A stretch of DNA of 63,148 bases, filler included, from Pelomyxa schiedti (Eukaryota > Protista > Evosea), in the NCBI GenBank assembly GCA_020536535.1. It is 14 parts of 14 records of this genome, joined end to end, with 100 filler letters (N's around TTAATTAATTAA, not from the genome) between each part and the next. Parts side by side here need not be neighbours in the genome. Positions count along the whole stretch, not along the records: positions 48,930 to 52,726 come from JAHLWZ010001681.1; positions 52,827 to 55,001 come from JAHLWZ010002092.1; positions 55,102 to 57,254 come from JAHLWZ010002104.1; positions 57,355 to 58,989 come from JAHLWZ010002366.1; positions 59,090 to 60,428 come from JAHLWZ010002583.1; 9 more parts are not named here. One strand, 5' to 3'. The number at the start of each line of letters is the position of its first letter. Positions within the stretch are counted from its first letter, which is position 1. The position numbers and the translations under genes are program-made. The notes below the pieces were generated by a model, which had not been told where the DNA came from, searched no databases, and saw only the letters and a list, made by a program, of their open reading frames with translations. Below, piece by piece: positions 48,930 to 60,528 of the stretch.

Positions 48930-51900
48930 TTTTCACAGCCAGGGATCTTGTGTGTGGGGCACCAAAGCAGATGCAAATCTTGGAAGGTGGATCGAAAAAC
49001 ATCACCCTCGGCTCGATCTCGGGAACGGAAAGCAACGCCTTGATGAACCCTAGTTGCTTTGGGATGAAGGATCCAGTTGGATGTATGCACAAGATCTTCC
49101 ATTTTCCTTAGTAACATCACTCTTCTGATCAGTGGACGTTGTGCAATTCCATGTCGATAAGCCCACCTTTTTCATGGTCACTGCTCACGGCAACGATTGG
49201 GGTACTTTGTCTGTTGGGTTGGCCACTCAGTGTGACACATCTGGGTTCGCAACTGGGTGTTATTACTCATCTAGTGAATCTGTCTCCGCTTCCCTTGATG
49301 CTGGAGATTACTTCCTGGTGCCTGTCAATTCAAACTCAGATACCATCAGCAACTATTTTGTCACTGTGACAGGTTTTTTCCTCTCTTGGGACATCGGAAT
49401 CACTCTAACTCACAACGTTTTTTCACACACATACAGCACTTCAGATGAACTGCAGTGCAGCCAAAAAAATCACATCCCTTCCATTTTCACACATGGGAAC
49501 CACTGTTGGTGCTCCCTTCTCCACTGTAAGTTGCGAATCTGAACTGCAGAACAAATTCTCCAGAGGTTTTGGCTTGGCCGCCCCGTGGGCTCATTTCCTT
49601 ATCATTCCCATTCCCCCTTCCCAAAAAAAAAAAGGTGTTCTGTACTCTTTCACAGCTTCTGGTGCTGGTGTGTTTCGAGCAGACCTTTGTGACGGCGCAG
49701 ACTTCTCTGCTTATGTCAGAGTCTTCACTGGATGCAGCTCCAACAGCCAAACCGGGTGCGTCTCAAAGTCGTGGCAGGGATCGTGCAGCGACTCCAGCTT
49801 GCCCTCGTTCTCGTGGCTAGGCAAGTCGGGGGTCACATATTATATCTGGGTGGGAAGTTCGAAGTCACAAACAGGAAACTATACTCTTACAGTTTCATGT
49901 GCGCTCCGCACTCTCTCATATAATAATACTGACTGAAAAACCATACATTTCTAGTGTACTCCCCACCAAATTGCACTGCTGCCATACCTTTGACTGCCCC
50001 AACGACAGTGTCAGTTACTCTTTCTGCTGTAACTTATACAAACCCCTGTGAAGAGTTCGTTACAAATTACGGTACGTTTGATCGATACAGCTGTCTTAAA
50101 AATCTCACTCAAAGTGTGGCAATTAGGTGCTTTGTATTCCGTTACACCTGCATCAGACACGATCTACATCGTCAACGGGTCGATGCTCACCATCTGGCAA
50201 GGATGTTCCAATGGATACATCGATTCTTGCCTGACGGGAACAACCATTTCCGATGGGACAAGGGCTTTGGCGTTTCGTGGAGGGATCGCATCTTACATCT
50301 TTATGTCGTCCTTGTCTGCTGATACCTTCACACTTGGACTCACAGGTAACGCGGCACCGTTCCTTCTGATTGATCTCACATGCATTCACACAGCAATCTC
50401 ACAGTCTGAATGCAGTGGAGGAGCAAAGATCAGCAGCCTTCCATTCGAGGAAAGCTGGAACATCACTAGCGCTCTGTGGTATTTCCTGCACTTCACACCA
50501 ACGGGCGAGGCACTCAAAGGTTCGTGGCACTGGCTCGCAGCCACCACTCGTGCCACAGTCAAAATTAATTTTTCTCGACAGGCAAACTGCTCAACTACAC
50601 CGCATCGAAATCCACGACAATCACAGCCTCAACGTGTGGCACAGAAGGCAGCTTGAAGTCGAAGGTCACGGTTTTCAAGAACTGTGGTTCTTCGGCGCAG
50701 CTCGTTGGAGAGGCATCCGGAAATTGCGACGATCACGCGTTCGTTCGATGGACAGCCACAGCGGGAACAAAATACTTCATCTTGTTGTCTTCCACAAATG
50801 ACGTGGATGGGACATTCAAGTTCCGCATTTATGAGTCCTCAATCGGTGTGTATCCCCACTGCTTCTTTTTCACTTTTTCATTGTTGGTCTCATTATTCTT
50901 CTTCCTTTGCGCTCTCCTCTCTGTCTCATCTCCCCCCAAAAAAGTTGGTTACAGCAACAATCGAATTGACAAGACCTTGAGTATTTTCGAGGGGTTCCCC
51001 TTTGAGCCGGTCTGGAAGCCTCTCTGCGATGTCCCGTACCCAATCAAGGACATACAAGGCAGTGGGTCGATGTTCCCTGGAGACGTGGCACACGGGTCCA
51101 AGTGGTCGAACGTCATGTATAAAATCGCAGAGAAGACAGGCGAAGTGACCACGCTGGGACTGACTGACTGCGCGTTCAAGATCATTGGAAACATTGACAT
51201 CTTTGGAGTAGAGGTTCTTGGTGCTGCTTGGTCAGCACAACGACAACTGATGTACATCACCGCCAAGAGCTCCGTTTCCACGACGATCAACCTTTACACC
51301 ATCGACTTGGACACTGGCCGTGCCTCGTTCGTGATGCCCATAGGAAGTTCAGGTGATGACTCACATGCACTTGCTTATGATGAGGACTTCGACGCACTTT
51401 ACATGTTTTATTCGTACCTAAATAACTTGGCCAAGATTGATGTGGGATTGGGAACCATCGAACCTGGCTGTTCTTTTGGCGAAGCCATGCCACTCGACTT
51501 CGATCCGTGCACTGGAATCCTTTATGGCTCCGGAAACGGACTATTCAGCATCAATAAACACACGTGTGAAAAGACTAGCCTGGCTACGGGGACAGACAGT
51601 TACATGCCTATTGCTGTTTTGGATTACACGTGTGCTCCACACATTCACTGCAGTGACGCAATCGACTGGGACCTTTCCAGTGTGATGGCCTTCACGACTT
51701 ATTATGACTATACCAGCATCGGTTGCTTTGGGATCAACAAAAAAGGTTTCCTTTTTTTACTCTCTGGAAGTTTCCAATACTTCATAAAGGAGCGATTTTC
51801 AAGTACAACGCGACCAACAATGGAAAGCTCACAGTCACCACGTGCAGCGCAAGCACCACGTTCGACACAATGATCTACGTGTTCACGGACTGCAATCACA

Positions 51901-52726
51901 ACACATCAGCCACATGCCTTGGGACGAACGATGATGCGCCGTGCTCACACGGTGGCACAGCTTCCACATATAAAATGGAGGTGGAGTACAACAAAGTTTA
52001 TTACTTCTTTGTCGCTGGATCCGGCACACTGACTGGAACTTTGGAATTCTCTGGACACTGTATTTTTTCTCTCCGCCTTCTTTTCTCCCAACACTGACAT
52101 GTCTTTCTTCATTCCCTTTTTCTTTTCTTTTCTTTTTTTTTTTTTGCAAGTGCAAACCATGAACTGCAGTGCAGTCACGAATGTTCTGACAGGATCGTCA
52201 ACTACAGCATCAACAGTGGGAGCACCACTTTCATCCATTTCGTGTTTCCCGAACGCCACTGACAAACAAGGTTTGCGACTCTCACTGACAGTGCAAACAG
52301 CACACTCACCTTCCTTCCCACCACAAACAGGAGCGCTGTTCGTCTTTGACGGAACCGAGTCGGCGTCCATCGAGGCGAGCACGTGCACCTCCGCGGACTT
52401 TGACACCGAGATATACCTCTTCACTGGCTGTGACCACGGGACCATCGGGTCTTGCCTCGCTTCGAACCAGGACAGCGGTTATTGCTACGACAGGTCCACG
52501 GTGGTGTGGAACTCGGCACCCGGGGTCAGTTACTTCATCTTCGTCACCGGGAGAGGTTCACAGACCGGCTCCTTCACCCTCACAGTCGACTCCACGCACT
52601 CGTACTCGGCTTCGTCGCACTCGTATTCCTCGTCCACCTCGTCATCCTCCATGTCGCTCTCATCGTCCGTGTCCAGTTCCCAATCGACTTCTTCCTCCAG
52701 CACCAGCAGCACATCCGAATCCGCGT
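48930..52726 (+). CDS. Extracellular Cys-containing repeat protein: several PPC-like beta-sandwich modules, a propeller-like segment and a Ser-rich stalk (both ends truncated)
   Basis: Repeated NCSAA..I..P..GTTVGAP / TC..dFDTxIYxFTxC..CL.xNdD.C...STV.W...GxxYyIxVxG...TGxfTLTV modules. NLYTIDLDTG..ALAYDE..LDFDPCTGILYG blades. Poly-Ser at 52600-52726. Confidence 0.75.
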
Positions 52727-54253
52727 NNNNNNNNNNNNNNNNNNNNNNNNNNNNNNNNNNNNNNNNNNNNTTAATTAATTAANNNNNNNNNNNNNNNNNN
52801 NNNNNNNNNNNNNNNNNNNNNNNNNNATACTGTGCTCCTCACTCAGATTCGTCAGCTGTGTCACCAGACCATGATTCAGGTCCGTCAGAACCGCACCTCC
52901 AGATGTGAGTGGTGTCCCTGACGGGGAGTGACGAACACGTTCGTAGCAAGATAAGGAGGGAACAAAGTATTTATTTATTTTAATTGATCTTGAGGCGTTT
53001 GTGGTGAAAGTGGTGTTGCTTATAAGCCCTGTCTCCCATGAATTCCAAGTATTCAGTGGATGCACAGCACAGCGTCATGTGCCATTGAATTCCCAGAAGT
53101 TGTCCGACTTCTGAGGGTTGCTCAGGGCTGACTCTGTGATTCCCTTTTTCGGGAAGTCATCACTTTCACAAGCGGTTCAAAGTTGAAATACTCGTCGGTG
53201 GTAGGGTAGGCGATGCAGTTGTCACACCGAGGGTGGTATCGGCCTTGGCATCATCGGCCCCGCAGAGAGAAGCGTCGGGTTCACCTTTAGCAACGTTTAT
53301 GTATGTGTTGGTGTTGGCGTTGTCGTCGGGTCGGCGTAGGTATCGGCCTTGGCATTTGTATCAGTATCATCGATGTCACACAGTGAAGTGTTGGTGCTCT
53401 GATCTGTTCCAGAGTCCGCGTTTGCATAATCAATATTAGCACGAGTATCTGGCTGCCACTCGATATCAGTGTGTACCAGCCAGGTACACAATCTTCTCTC
53501 ACCCTCTCTCACCTTGTCTCTTCTCTATGCTGCATTGCACAGCCCACTACCAAGGGAAACCTATACAATTTGTACTTGGATACTTACATGGAAGTGAGCC
53601 CTAAAGTCACTGCCAAGGATAAAAATGTTATCAGGAACATCCACAACAGCAAAGGCGAATTCCAGGTGTATTCCTGCCAGTTTCAGTGGCAATATAACCT
53701 GACTCTTATTTTCCAGGGCTCTCTTCCCAGCTACTAGACTATCCCATGTTGCAGTCTCTTTGAAATCGTGAAGTTTGTACAAGCAAGCTCCTGCTTAATA
53801 ACGACTTGCTGGTATCTACACATGCCTCTCTCCTGATATCCTTTCCTCTTCCCACTACACAGGAATTTGGAAATCATCATCCAGCAACTTCAGGCGTACC
53901 ACCCTACATCATGCCTCTCAGCTTATGCTGGTACAACACGTAGGGCACAACACGGCTTCAGGTGGTGTTTTGCCCTACGTCATTGGACAACACCCAACTT
54001 CAGATGGGCCACCCTACCATGCCTGAGTGACTTATGCTGGTGGTTCCCGCCCTACATCATTGATCCTTCCATCCTCCACACAGAGCCACTGGGTGGGAAC
54101 AAAACTATAAACACACAAGGAGGATCTGAGGAACCAAGTCTACTGCAGATTGTGAACCAAAGAGACAAAAGAATAGCTGTGATGGAGAATACTCTGATCA
54201 CACACATCAGTGAGAAGCTGAATGGAAGCTGTACAAAGAAACCACTTCAGAGA

Positions 54254-54546
54254 ACAGTGCATCAACCACTGGTGTACATTGATGTTCTCTGGTACTAATG
54301 CAGGTAGTTTAAGCTTATTCTTGTTATCTTTGGATGTTAATCGAAACTCCATTGTTGTGTGTGTTAGGAAGTGTAATAGAGAACATGGTTTTTTCTTTTT
54401 GCTTCTTCTTTCATGTTCTCTATTACACTTCCTGACACACACAACAATGGAGTTTTTGATTAACATCCAAGGATAACAAGCCTAAGCTTAAACTACCTGT
54501 GTTGGTACCAGAGAACATCAATGTACACCAGTGGCTGATGCACTGT
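54254..54546 (+). ncRNA. Long imperfect inverted repeat (~134-nt arms, 24-nt pyrimidine loop); candidate hairpin/pre-miRNA
   Basis: 54254-54387 is the reverse complement of 54412-54546 with 9 substitutions and one 1-nt bulge. 6 of 7 transitions give G:U pairs on the + strand. The inverted repeat is certain; an RNA function is inferred. Confidence 0.55.
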
Positions 54547-54655
54547 CATGTTCAGTCACAACAAAAAAATAAGTTACCTTGCTTTTGTACTCAGCACTTG
54601 GCAACCCATACAGGGTTTTGACTGAACTCTGGCTTTTTTCGAAGAAAGACCTTTG

Positions 54656-55001
54656 ATGGCTCGTTGTGCTGAAGCACACGACGTACGACCTGCCGATGGG
54701 CACAGCGCCGAGAAGAGCCCCTTACTGCTGTGTAGCCCAGCCACGTACCCGCAGCCGCAGCACCAAGACCAGGCGGACCCCCCGCCGCCGCACCCGCAGG
54801 CCCACGCCCTCCCACCCCCCCCGCAGCTCCTCCCGCAGCGCAGCCTGGAGTGGGACGGGGAGGAGGGCCCGCCCCTGGGCCAGCGGCCCCTGCGGCGCTA
54901 CCCCAGCGGCGTCGTGGTCGGCAAGTTCCTGCCGCCCCACATGGGCCACCACTTCCTGGTGGACGTGGCCACGTCGCTGTGCGACCGCGTGTACGTGCTG
55001 G
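54656..55001 (+). CDS. NadR-type NMN adenylyltransferase domain, N-terminal fragment
   Basis: GVVVGKFLPPHMGHHFLVDVATSLCDRVYVL matches the bacterial NadR pattern GKFxPxHxGH...D. Confidence 0.8.
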
Positions 55002-55101
55002 NNNNNNNNNNNNNNNNNNNNNNNNNNNNNNNNNNNNNNNNNNNNTTAATTAATTAANNNNNNNNNNNNNNNNNNNNNNNNNNNNNNNNNNNNNNNNNNN
55101 N

Positions 55102-55489
55102 TGGAGAAACAGGCGAAAGCAATATTTACGATGGCATGTGGTGAACACCCTTGTGTGCTCGGAATGACGCTCCAATTGTGTTGGGGAGGTCCTCAAACCT
55201 TCATTACCAGTTCTTGAACAGTACGAATCATAAAACATTGCAAACATTTATAATGGAATAATTAATTATTAATTGTTACAATGTAGTACAACAGAGTTAA
55301 CAAACCCATTTAGGGAGAGGGAAACCTGTTGAAGATAAAGCGGTTGAGCAGGCATGTCTTGGCACCGGTGTTTGACTCGCCGATCAGCACGCACTTATGG
55401 GTCTGGTGTGGCACCCATGGTGCCCTCGGCGCGCTTCGTTTTGGCTTCTTAGGCAACTTGCCCACCGTTTTCCTTGCAAAACCGCTCAT
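55102..55489 (-). CDS. Rab-like small GTPase, first two exons (3'-truncated; absent from the ORF track)
   Basis: MSGFARKTVGKLPKKPKRSAPRAPWVPHQTHKCVLIGESNTGAKTCLLNRFIFN|RFEDLPNTIGASF: beta1-P-loop and a Rab5/21/22-type switch I TIGASF. Confidence 0.8.
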
Positions 55490-55562
55490 ACGTTTCTATA
55501 GTTTGGGGAATTGATTGCTTGGAAGAGTGGGTGTCGACAAAACAAAATTTAGAGGGAGTCAT

Positions 55563-56939
55563 TCAGAGAGTGAAAGAAAAATGACCAACTACTTGGAAAA
55601 ACTGCCTGAACAAACTGAAAGTGATGATGTGGACACCAGAGGATTCCTCAGTCACGTGTATCTCTTTGAGTGACTCACTCACTTGGAACAGAAGTCCCCC
55701 CTCAACGAAAGCTTCCTTTGCACAGCCACTCAGGAATTTCTGCTTCCTGACCGGCCTTGTTGTGTCATTCAGGTTCCACACTTCGTAGGCATCAACATCA
55801 GCAGAAAAAACACAGAACTGTGAGTTATCCAGTTGTTGAAGCGATCCTTCATGAGGTGGTGTGCACGATTTGAAGGTTGGTTGCGGCTTTCCCCCAGTTC
55901 CCTCCTCAAATGTGACGAACTCACTCACACCAGGAGAAAAAGCAGAAAGAATACAATGTCCTGTCACAAAAGAATGGGTGCCACTCTCTTTTCTGAATGA
56001 ATAAGCTGGATTGCCAATCAGAATGCCAAATCCACCTCCACTTCCACGAGGGGGTGCAGTCTCCAACCTCAGAACAGATGAACTCAACACAACCAATTTG
56101 TTCAATGCACACGTTTGCAAAAGGTCCACAAGAACAAGCTCAAAAAAGTCGGCTGTGCAGTGAAGTAACAGGTGGTCCTCATCAATCCCAAATCTGAGAG
56201 TACATATTATCCACCTCTTGTCAAAAGTAACAACTGTTGGCTTCCTGATGGTGATTTTTGCCCCTGAATTGCTCTTCTTTGGAATCTCAACAACAACCAG
56301 CTTCCTTTGTCCACGACATCCAACAAACCATTTCCCATTGGTCGCCACACAAGAACATCCCCTCCCCTTCTTGTACTCCAACAAAGGCACCCTCTGGCCA
56401 GTCACCCTGTCCTGCAATAAGAAAAGCACTTCCATTCTTCGCAGTACCAAAAAGTCCTGGTTCGCACCAATAAGCTCCTCAGCACAGCCCTCGACCCACC
56501 ACCTCATGTCGTGCGTCAGTGCCAGCAGCACCAACTGCACCCCGAACGTGATCATCACCACCTCCCCAAAATAGTTGCCCCACATGACACAGTGGAACCT
56601 CGATGTTTCCCACAGCCACCCCCACAGAATCCTCACCACCAGCGCCCCGTCGCCGTCGCCACCGCCACCCATAATTGGTGACAGCAGCCACAGCGGGCAC
56701 CTCGCGCCACACCGAGGGTGCGTCCCAGTCGCCAGTGCCCACACCTGTTCCTTCATCGTGGTGCGTGTCCTCATCGTCTTTGTTGGTGCTGTGTCGCCGG
56801 AACCAGCCTTGTCGTTTGTTACCACCACCATCACCGTCGGCGCCGCGGCCACAACGTTGCCCACTTGCCGCCGTCGTGGTTGTGGTGATGGTGCAGGTGC
56901 CAAGGCCTCAGATACATCACGCAATGGTTGCCGGTCCAT
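55563..56939 (-). CDS. Member of expanded family A (intronless)
   Basis: EQVWALATGTHPRCGARCPL...RILWGW, TNGKWFVGC, LVDLLQTCALNKLVV. Confidence 0.8.
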   Translation of the reverse strand: MDRQPLRDVSEALAPAPSPQPRRRQVGNVVAAAPTVMVVVTNDKAGSGDTAPTKTMRTRTTMKEQVWALATGTHPRCGARCPLWLLSPIMGGGGDGDGALVVRILWGWLWETSRFHCVMWGNYFGEVVMITFGVQLVLLALTHDMRWWVEGCAEELIGANQDFLVLRRMEVLFLLQDRVTGQRVPLLEYKKGRGCSCVATNGKWFVGCRGQRKLVVVEIPKKSNSGAKITIRKPTVVTFDKRWIICTLRFGIDEDHLLLHCTADFFELVLVDLLQTCALNKLVVLSSSVLRLETAPPRGSGGGFGILIGNPAYSFRKESGTHSFVTGHCILSAFSPGVSEFVTFEEGTGGKPQPTFKSCTPPHEGSLQQLDNSQFCVFSADVDAYEVWNLNDTTRPVRKQKFLSGCAKEAFVEGGLLFQVSESLKEIHVTEESSGVHIITFSLFRQFFQVVGHFSFTL

Positions 56940-57092
56940 GGTACTGATCGGTTCTCAGTTTTTATCAAAATCAAATTGTGATTCCACGGTGATGCAGAAT
57001 TAAACATCCAGTTAGATTGTTTTGGTTTGGTGGCTAAAAACCTCGTAAGAAAAAACCTTGTCACACAGTATACTTTGGGTTGCCGTGGTAGT

Positions 57093-57253
57093 TCATTCAG
57101 AGAGAGGGAAGGAAAAATGGTGCGCAAGACCCATCAAGGGTCTGAACAAATTGAAAGTGATGATGTGGACACCAGAGGATTCCTCAGTCACGTGTATCTC
57201 TTTGAGTGACTCACTCACTTGGAACAGAAGTCCCCCCTCAATGAAAGCATCCT
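57093..57253 (-). CDS. 3' end of a tandem near-identical paralog of 55563-56939
   Basis: ~108 nt nearly identical to 55609-55717; reads AFIEGGLLFQVSESLKEIHVTEESSGVHIITFNLF...SE*. Confidence 0.8.
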
Positions 57254-57641
57254 TNNNNNNNNNNNNNNNNNNNNNNNNNNNNNNNNNNNNNNNNNNNNTT
57301 AATTAATTAANNNNNNNNNNNNNNNNNNNNNNNNNNNNNNNNNNNNNNNNNNNNGGAAATCTACCTGATCGTTCACCTCGATTTCAAGTCGTTTTCGAGT
57401 CCTTATAAGCCCGACACACTCCGACCTTAGAATCACGACCCAAACCTCATAAATCAAAACAAACAACAAAACAGAGCAAATAATAGAATCCTTTCTTGAT
57501 CTCATTCTTGTTCTCTGCTTTGCCGTCACACAAAGAACTACATCCCACAGAAGCACACACAAGCTGGCTTTTTCTTTGTGTCTCATAGGGAGGTTAGGTT
57601 ATTATTATATATAATAACCTATAATAACTGCTTGTTTTTAT

Positions 57642-58887
57642 CTAGTCCTTGGATAAAAACAACTGATGAGGCACACAGAAACAACCAAAGTGGAAGCCAC
57701 TGATACCCTCATGAAGTGAGAATACAACACAACTGCAGGATTTGAGGTCATGCTTTGTTGAAAGAATGAGCCCTGTTTGTTGACTGCAACCTGCTGATGC
57801 CCAGGTGCATGGAACAGAAAGGGATGGGGATAAAAGGTCACCAGTTTGATAGACACTGAATTGAAGGAGACTCCCCGCAAACCCAGGTGCAGAAAAGAAG
57901 TGGTTCTTGCCAATTGGGGTCACTAGACTCTCTGGGAGGGGATTCTCGTTGTGATTCTCTGAGTTCACAAGGAAGAAGGATGTGGTGGAAGTGGAATGCA
58001 AGGAGCACATTGTGCCATCAGGCAGCCACATCACATTCACTGGGTAAAGTCCACCACAGGAAATTGTGGAAGTGACAACCAACGAGCCTGCGTTGAAGCT
58101 GGCTTCCAGGTCGACAACTGGGATTGGGCTCAATGTGCCCCCAAACGGAAACACCATCGCCACATCATCACAAAATCGCGAAAACTCTGCCTTTGCAGCC
58201 TGGAATCCCAACCCGCACAAGGTTACCTGCGGTTCGCTTGGAATCCCATCACCACAGACCTTCCAAATGTGCATGTCATAGAAGCAAGGAAACAGCACCA
58301 CAATCCACCTCCTGTTGCAAATGACACACGGCAGCCTGTCAAGTTGAAACCCAGAAGCCCACATAACTCTGGATGCACCCAGAGAATCGGAATTGCATGT
58401 GTCCACCATGGAGTCCAGTGCATTCCCACAATGCCGTTTCGACACGTCCGACCCTGTAATCGCCGACCCACTGGGTGCCGTACTCGTCGTCGTCCTCAAA
58501 GTGGGTGCACAGGATCCTCTCTGTCCCCACGCACCCGTGCACGAGCCCATCGCACCTGAACGGGGACCAGCTGACGACGCCGAGTGTCGGCGACACGCTC
58601 ACGCTCAAGAAAAACTTCGTCGGTTGATGTCCCACAATGTGGCCGCGCCACAGCGGCATCTCAAAAACGGCGTCTATGGCGGGCCACAGCACCCAGTCGT
58701 GGGCCCACTGGCTGAACAGGGACGGTAAGTGTGCCCACTCGAGCATTGTGGGACAGCAATTTTTGGAGCACCTCGCCACGCAGCAACAACACACCGCGAT
58801 CACTTGTGACTTGGCCGAAGTCGTAGTAGTTGTTGGGATAGCTAAGGCCTCTTCATTCGCTGTGAAACCCACAACGCTTTGACTCAT
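57642..58887 (-). CDS. Member of expanded family A, 1 intron
   Basis: ORFs 58339-58887 and 57642-58550 are joined by a ~43-nt GTGCAT...TTGACAG intron (FSG|LPCVICNRRWIV). Motifs SQVIAVCC..RC, SVSPTLGVV, VDLEASFNAGSLVV. Confidence 0.78.
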
Positions 58888-59089
58888 TTTGATTTCCCCG
58901 AAAGAAGAGGTTTACGAAACAACATTGCATTTAAATGTCAAACGCAGCAGCAACAACGACAACAAGCACATCAACAACAACAAGCAGCANNNNNNNNNNN
59001 NNNNNNNNNNNNNNNNNNNNNNNNNNNNNNNNNTTAATTAATTAANNNNNNNNNNNNNNNNNNNNNNNNNNNNNNNNNNNNNNNNNNNN

Positions 59090-60428
59090 GATGGATTCTG
59101 TGCTGTCATGCTGGCGTTCTGTAAACGCAGGGCTACCTATTACAACATTGCCACTGTAACACCAACAACCACAACACCCACCAGTTCTTGCTGAAAATTG
59201 GCAAATAGACTATTATCTTATACAAGCATGTATGCTTTTTACCAAAAAAAAAACGCCTTGTGTGCCGGCATAAGAAGAGACGAAAACCAACTTGGCTTTT
59301 CTGCTGCACCAAATACGTGTTACTCTGTTCAAGTGTTTTGTGGAGTAGGTGGCAGCGAAATGAAGGAGATCCCAAGCCAACCACTATTTTTAATTCGTAA
59401 ACAATCGGCAGAAGAGCAAGTAGCTACATTCTGTGCAGGTGCCCACGCAATCCAACAAGGCTTCCCGACTTGTGTGGTCCCACTCGATATGAAGACCATT
59501 TCTCACGCTCAAGAGGCTAGGGGCAACATCAAGTTGAGGGAAGAACTGTGGTCTGTTGGGTTGAAGCTTTTGCTGGTCGGCCACCTGAATGGTTTAACAA
59601 TTAAATACTTTCGTTACACAGCCCTTTCTCCACAGGAAGTGCCAAGAGCAAGGATCCAAGACAGTACAACCTGTAGTGGTCATTTCACAACATGATGTAC
59701 AGTTTTTTGTCCGAACTGAGGGATCCCAGCTCCAGACTTCGTCATAGACTTTTTTGAAGTTGATTCAAAATCGAAAAGTTGAACCATGTAGACCAGTCGC
59801 AGCACCGGTGTCTCACTTCCTAAAGTGTTGCTCATCTGCCGTGCTCTTTGAGCACATCGTGCCGTCCATAGATTTGAGAAAAGAGAAAGCACCAAGCGTT
59901 GTGCCATGGAACAAAGTCAAAGAAGGCCAGTTGATGGAAACAACCTCTTCTTTTCGGGTTTTGCATCAGCATACTTTTTAAAGGAACCATCACAAGTGGC
60001 CCAGCCCTCAATCTGCCACTCTTAGGAACACCTTGGATGTCGAAGGTGTTCTTTGATTTGAAGCATCTTCGTACTTCATTGTGTTCGAAGCTTCACCATT
60101 ATGCTGAACTTGGTTTTCCACCAATGTTACTTTGCCAAAGCAACCAATTTTTCTAATCACACACAAAAATTCACATTTTCAAAACTACCTCCTAGGAGTC
60201 GGCGCGATGCATCGCATGGCCGTGGGCACGCTCCTAGAGAGCGTGCACTTGGAGCCTGTCGAGGTTATCCCCGTTCAATGTGCAAATTGACTCAATTATA
60301 TCAGGTTACCGAGGCCATGGAGGAGCTCAGGCAACTGAAAGCAGACAACAATCGTCTGAAGGCTCATTTGGAATACCATGAGTGTGAGAATAAGAATTTG
60401 CAAGAGCAGTGCACAAAACTATTACAGG
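59090..60428 (+). CDS. Fragment of a multi-exon hypothetical protein ending in a coiled coil
   Basis: Short open segments with GT-AG boundaries and EAMEELRQLKADNNRLKAHLE; family unrecognised. Confidence 0.35.
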
Positions 60429-60528
60429 NNNNNNNNNNNNNNNNNNNNNNNNNNNNNNNNNNNNNNNNNNNNTTAATTAATTAANNNNNNNNNNNNNNNN
60501 NNNNNNNNNNNNNNNNNNNNNNNNNNNN

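Noticed and set aside
52827-54250. Short ORFs and a 17-nt direct repeat (GGTATCGGCCTTGGCAT at ~53236 and ~53339)
   Set aside because: No coherent gene model or family could be supported; possibly decayed sequence.
58335-58380. Programmed frameshift joining overlapping ORFs (also at ~12500 and ~11000)
   Set aside because: Each frame change is explained by a canonical short GT-AG intron.
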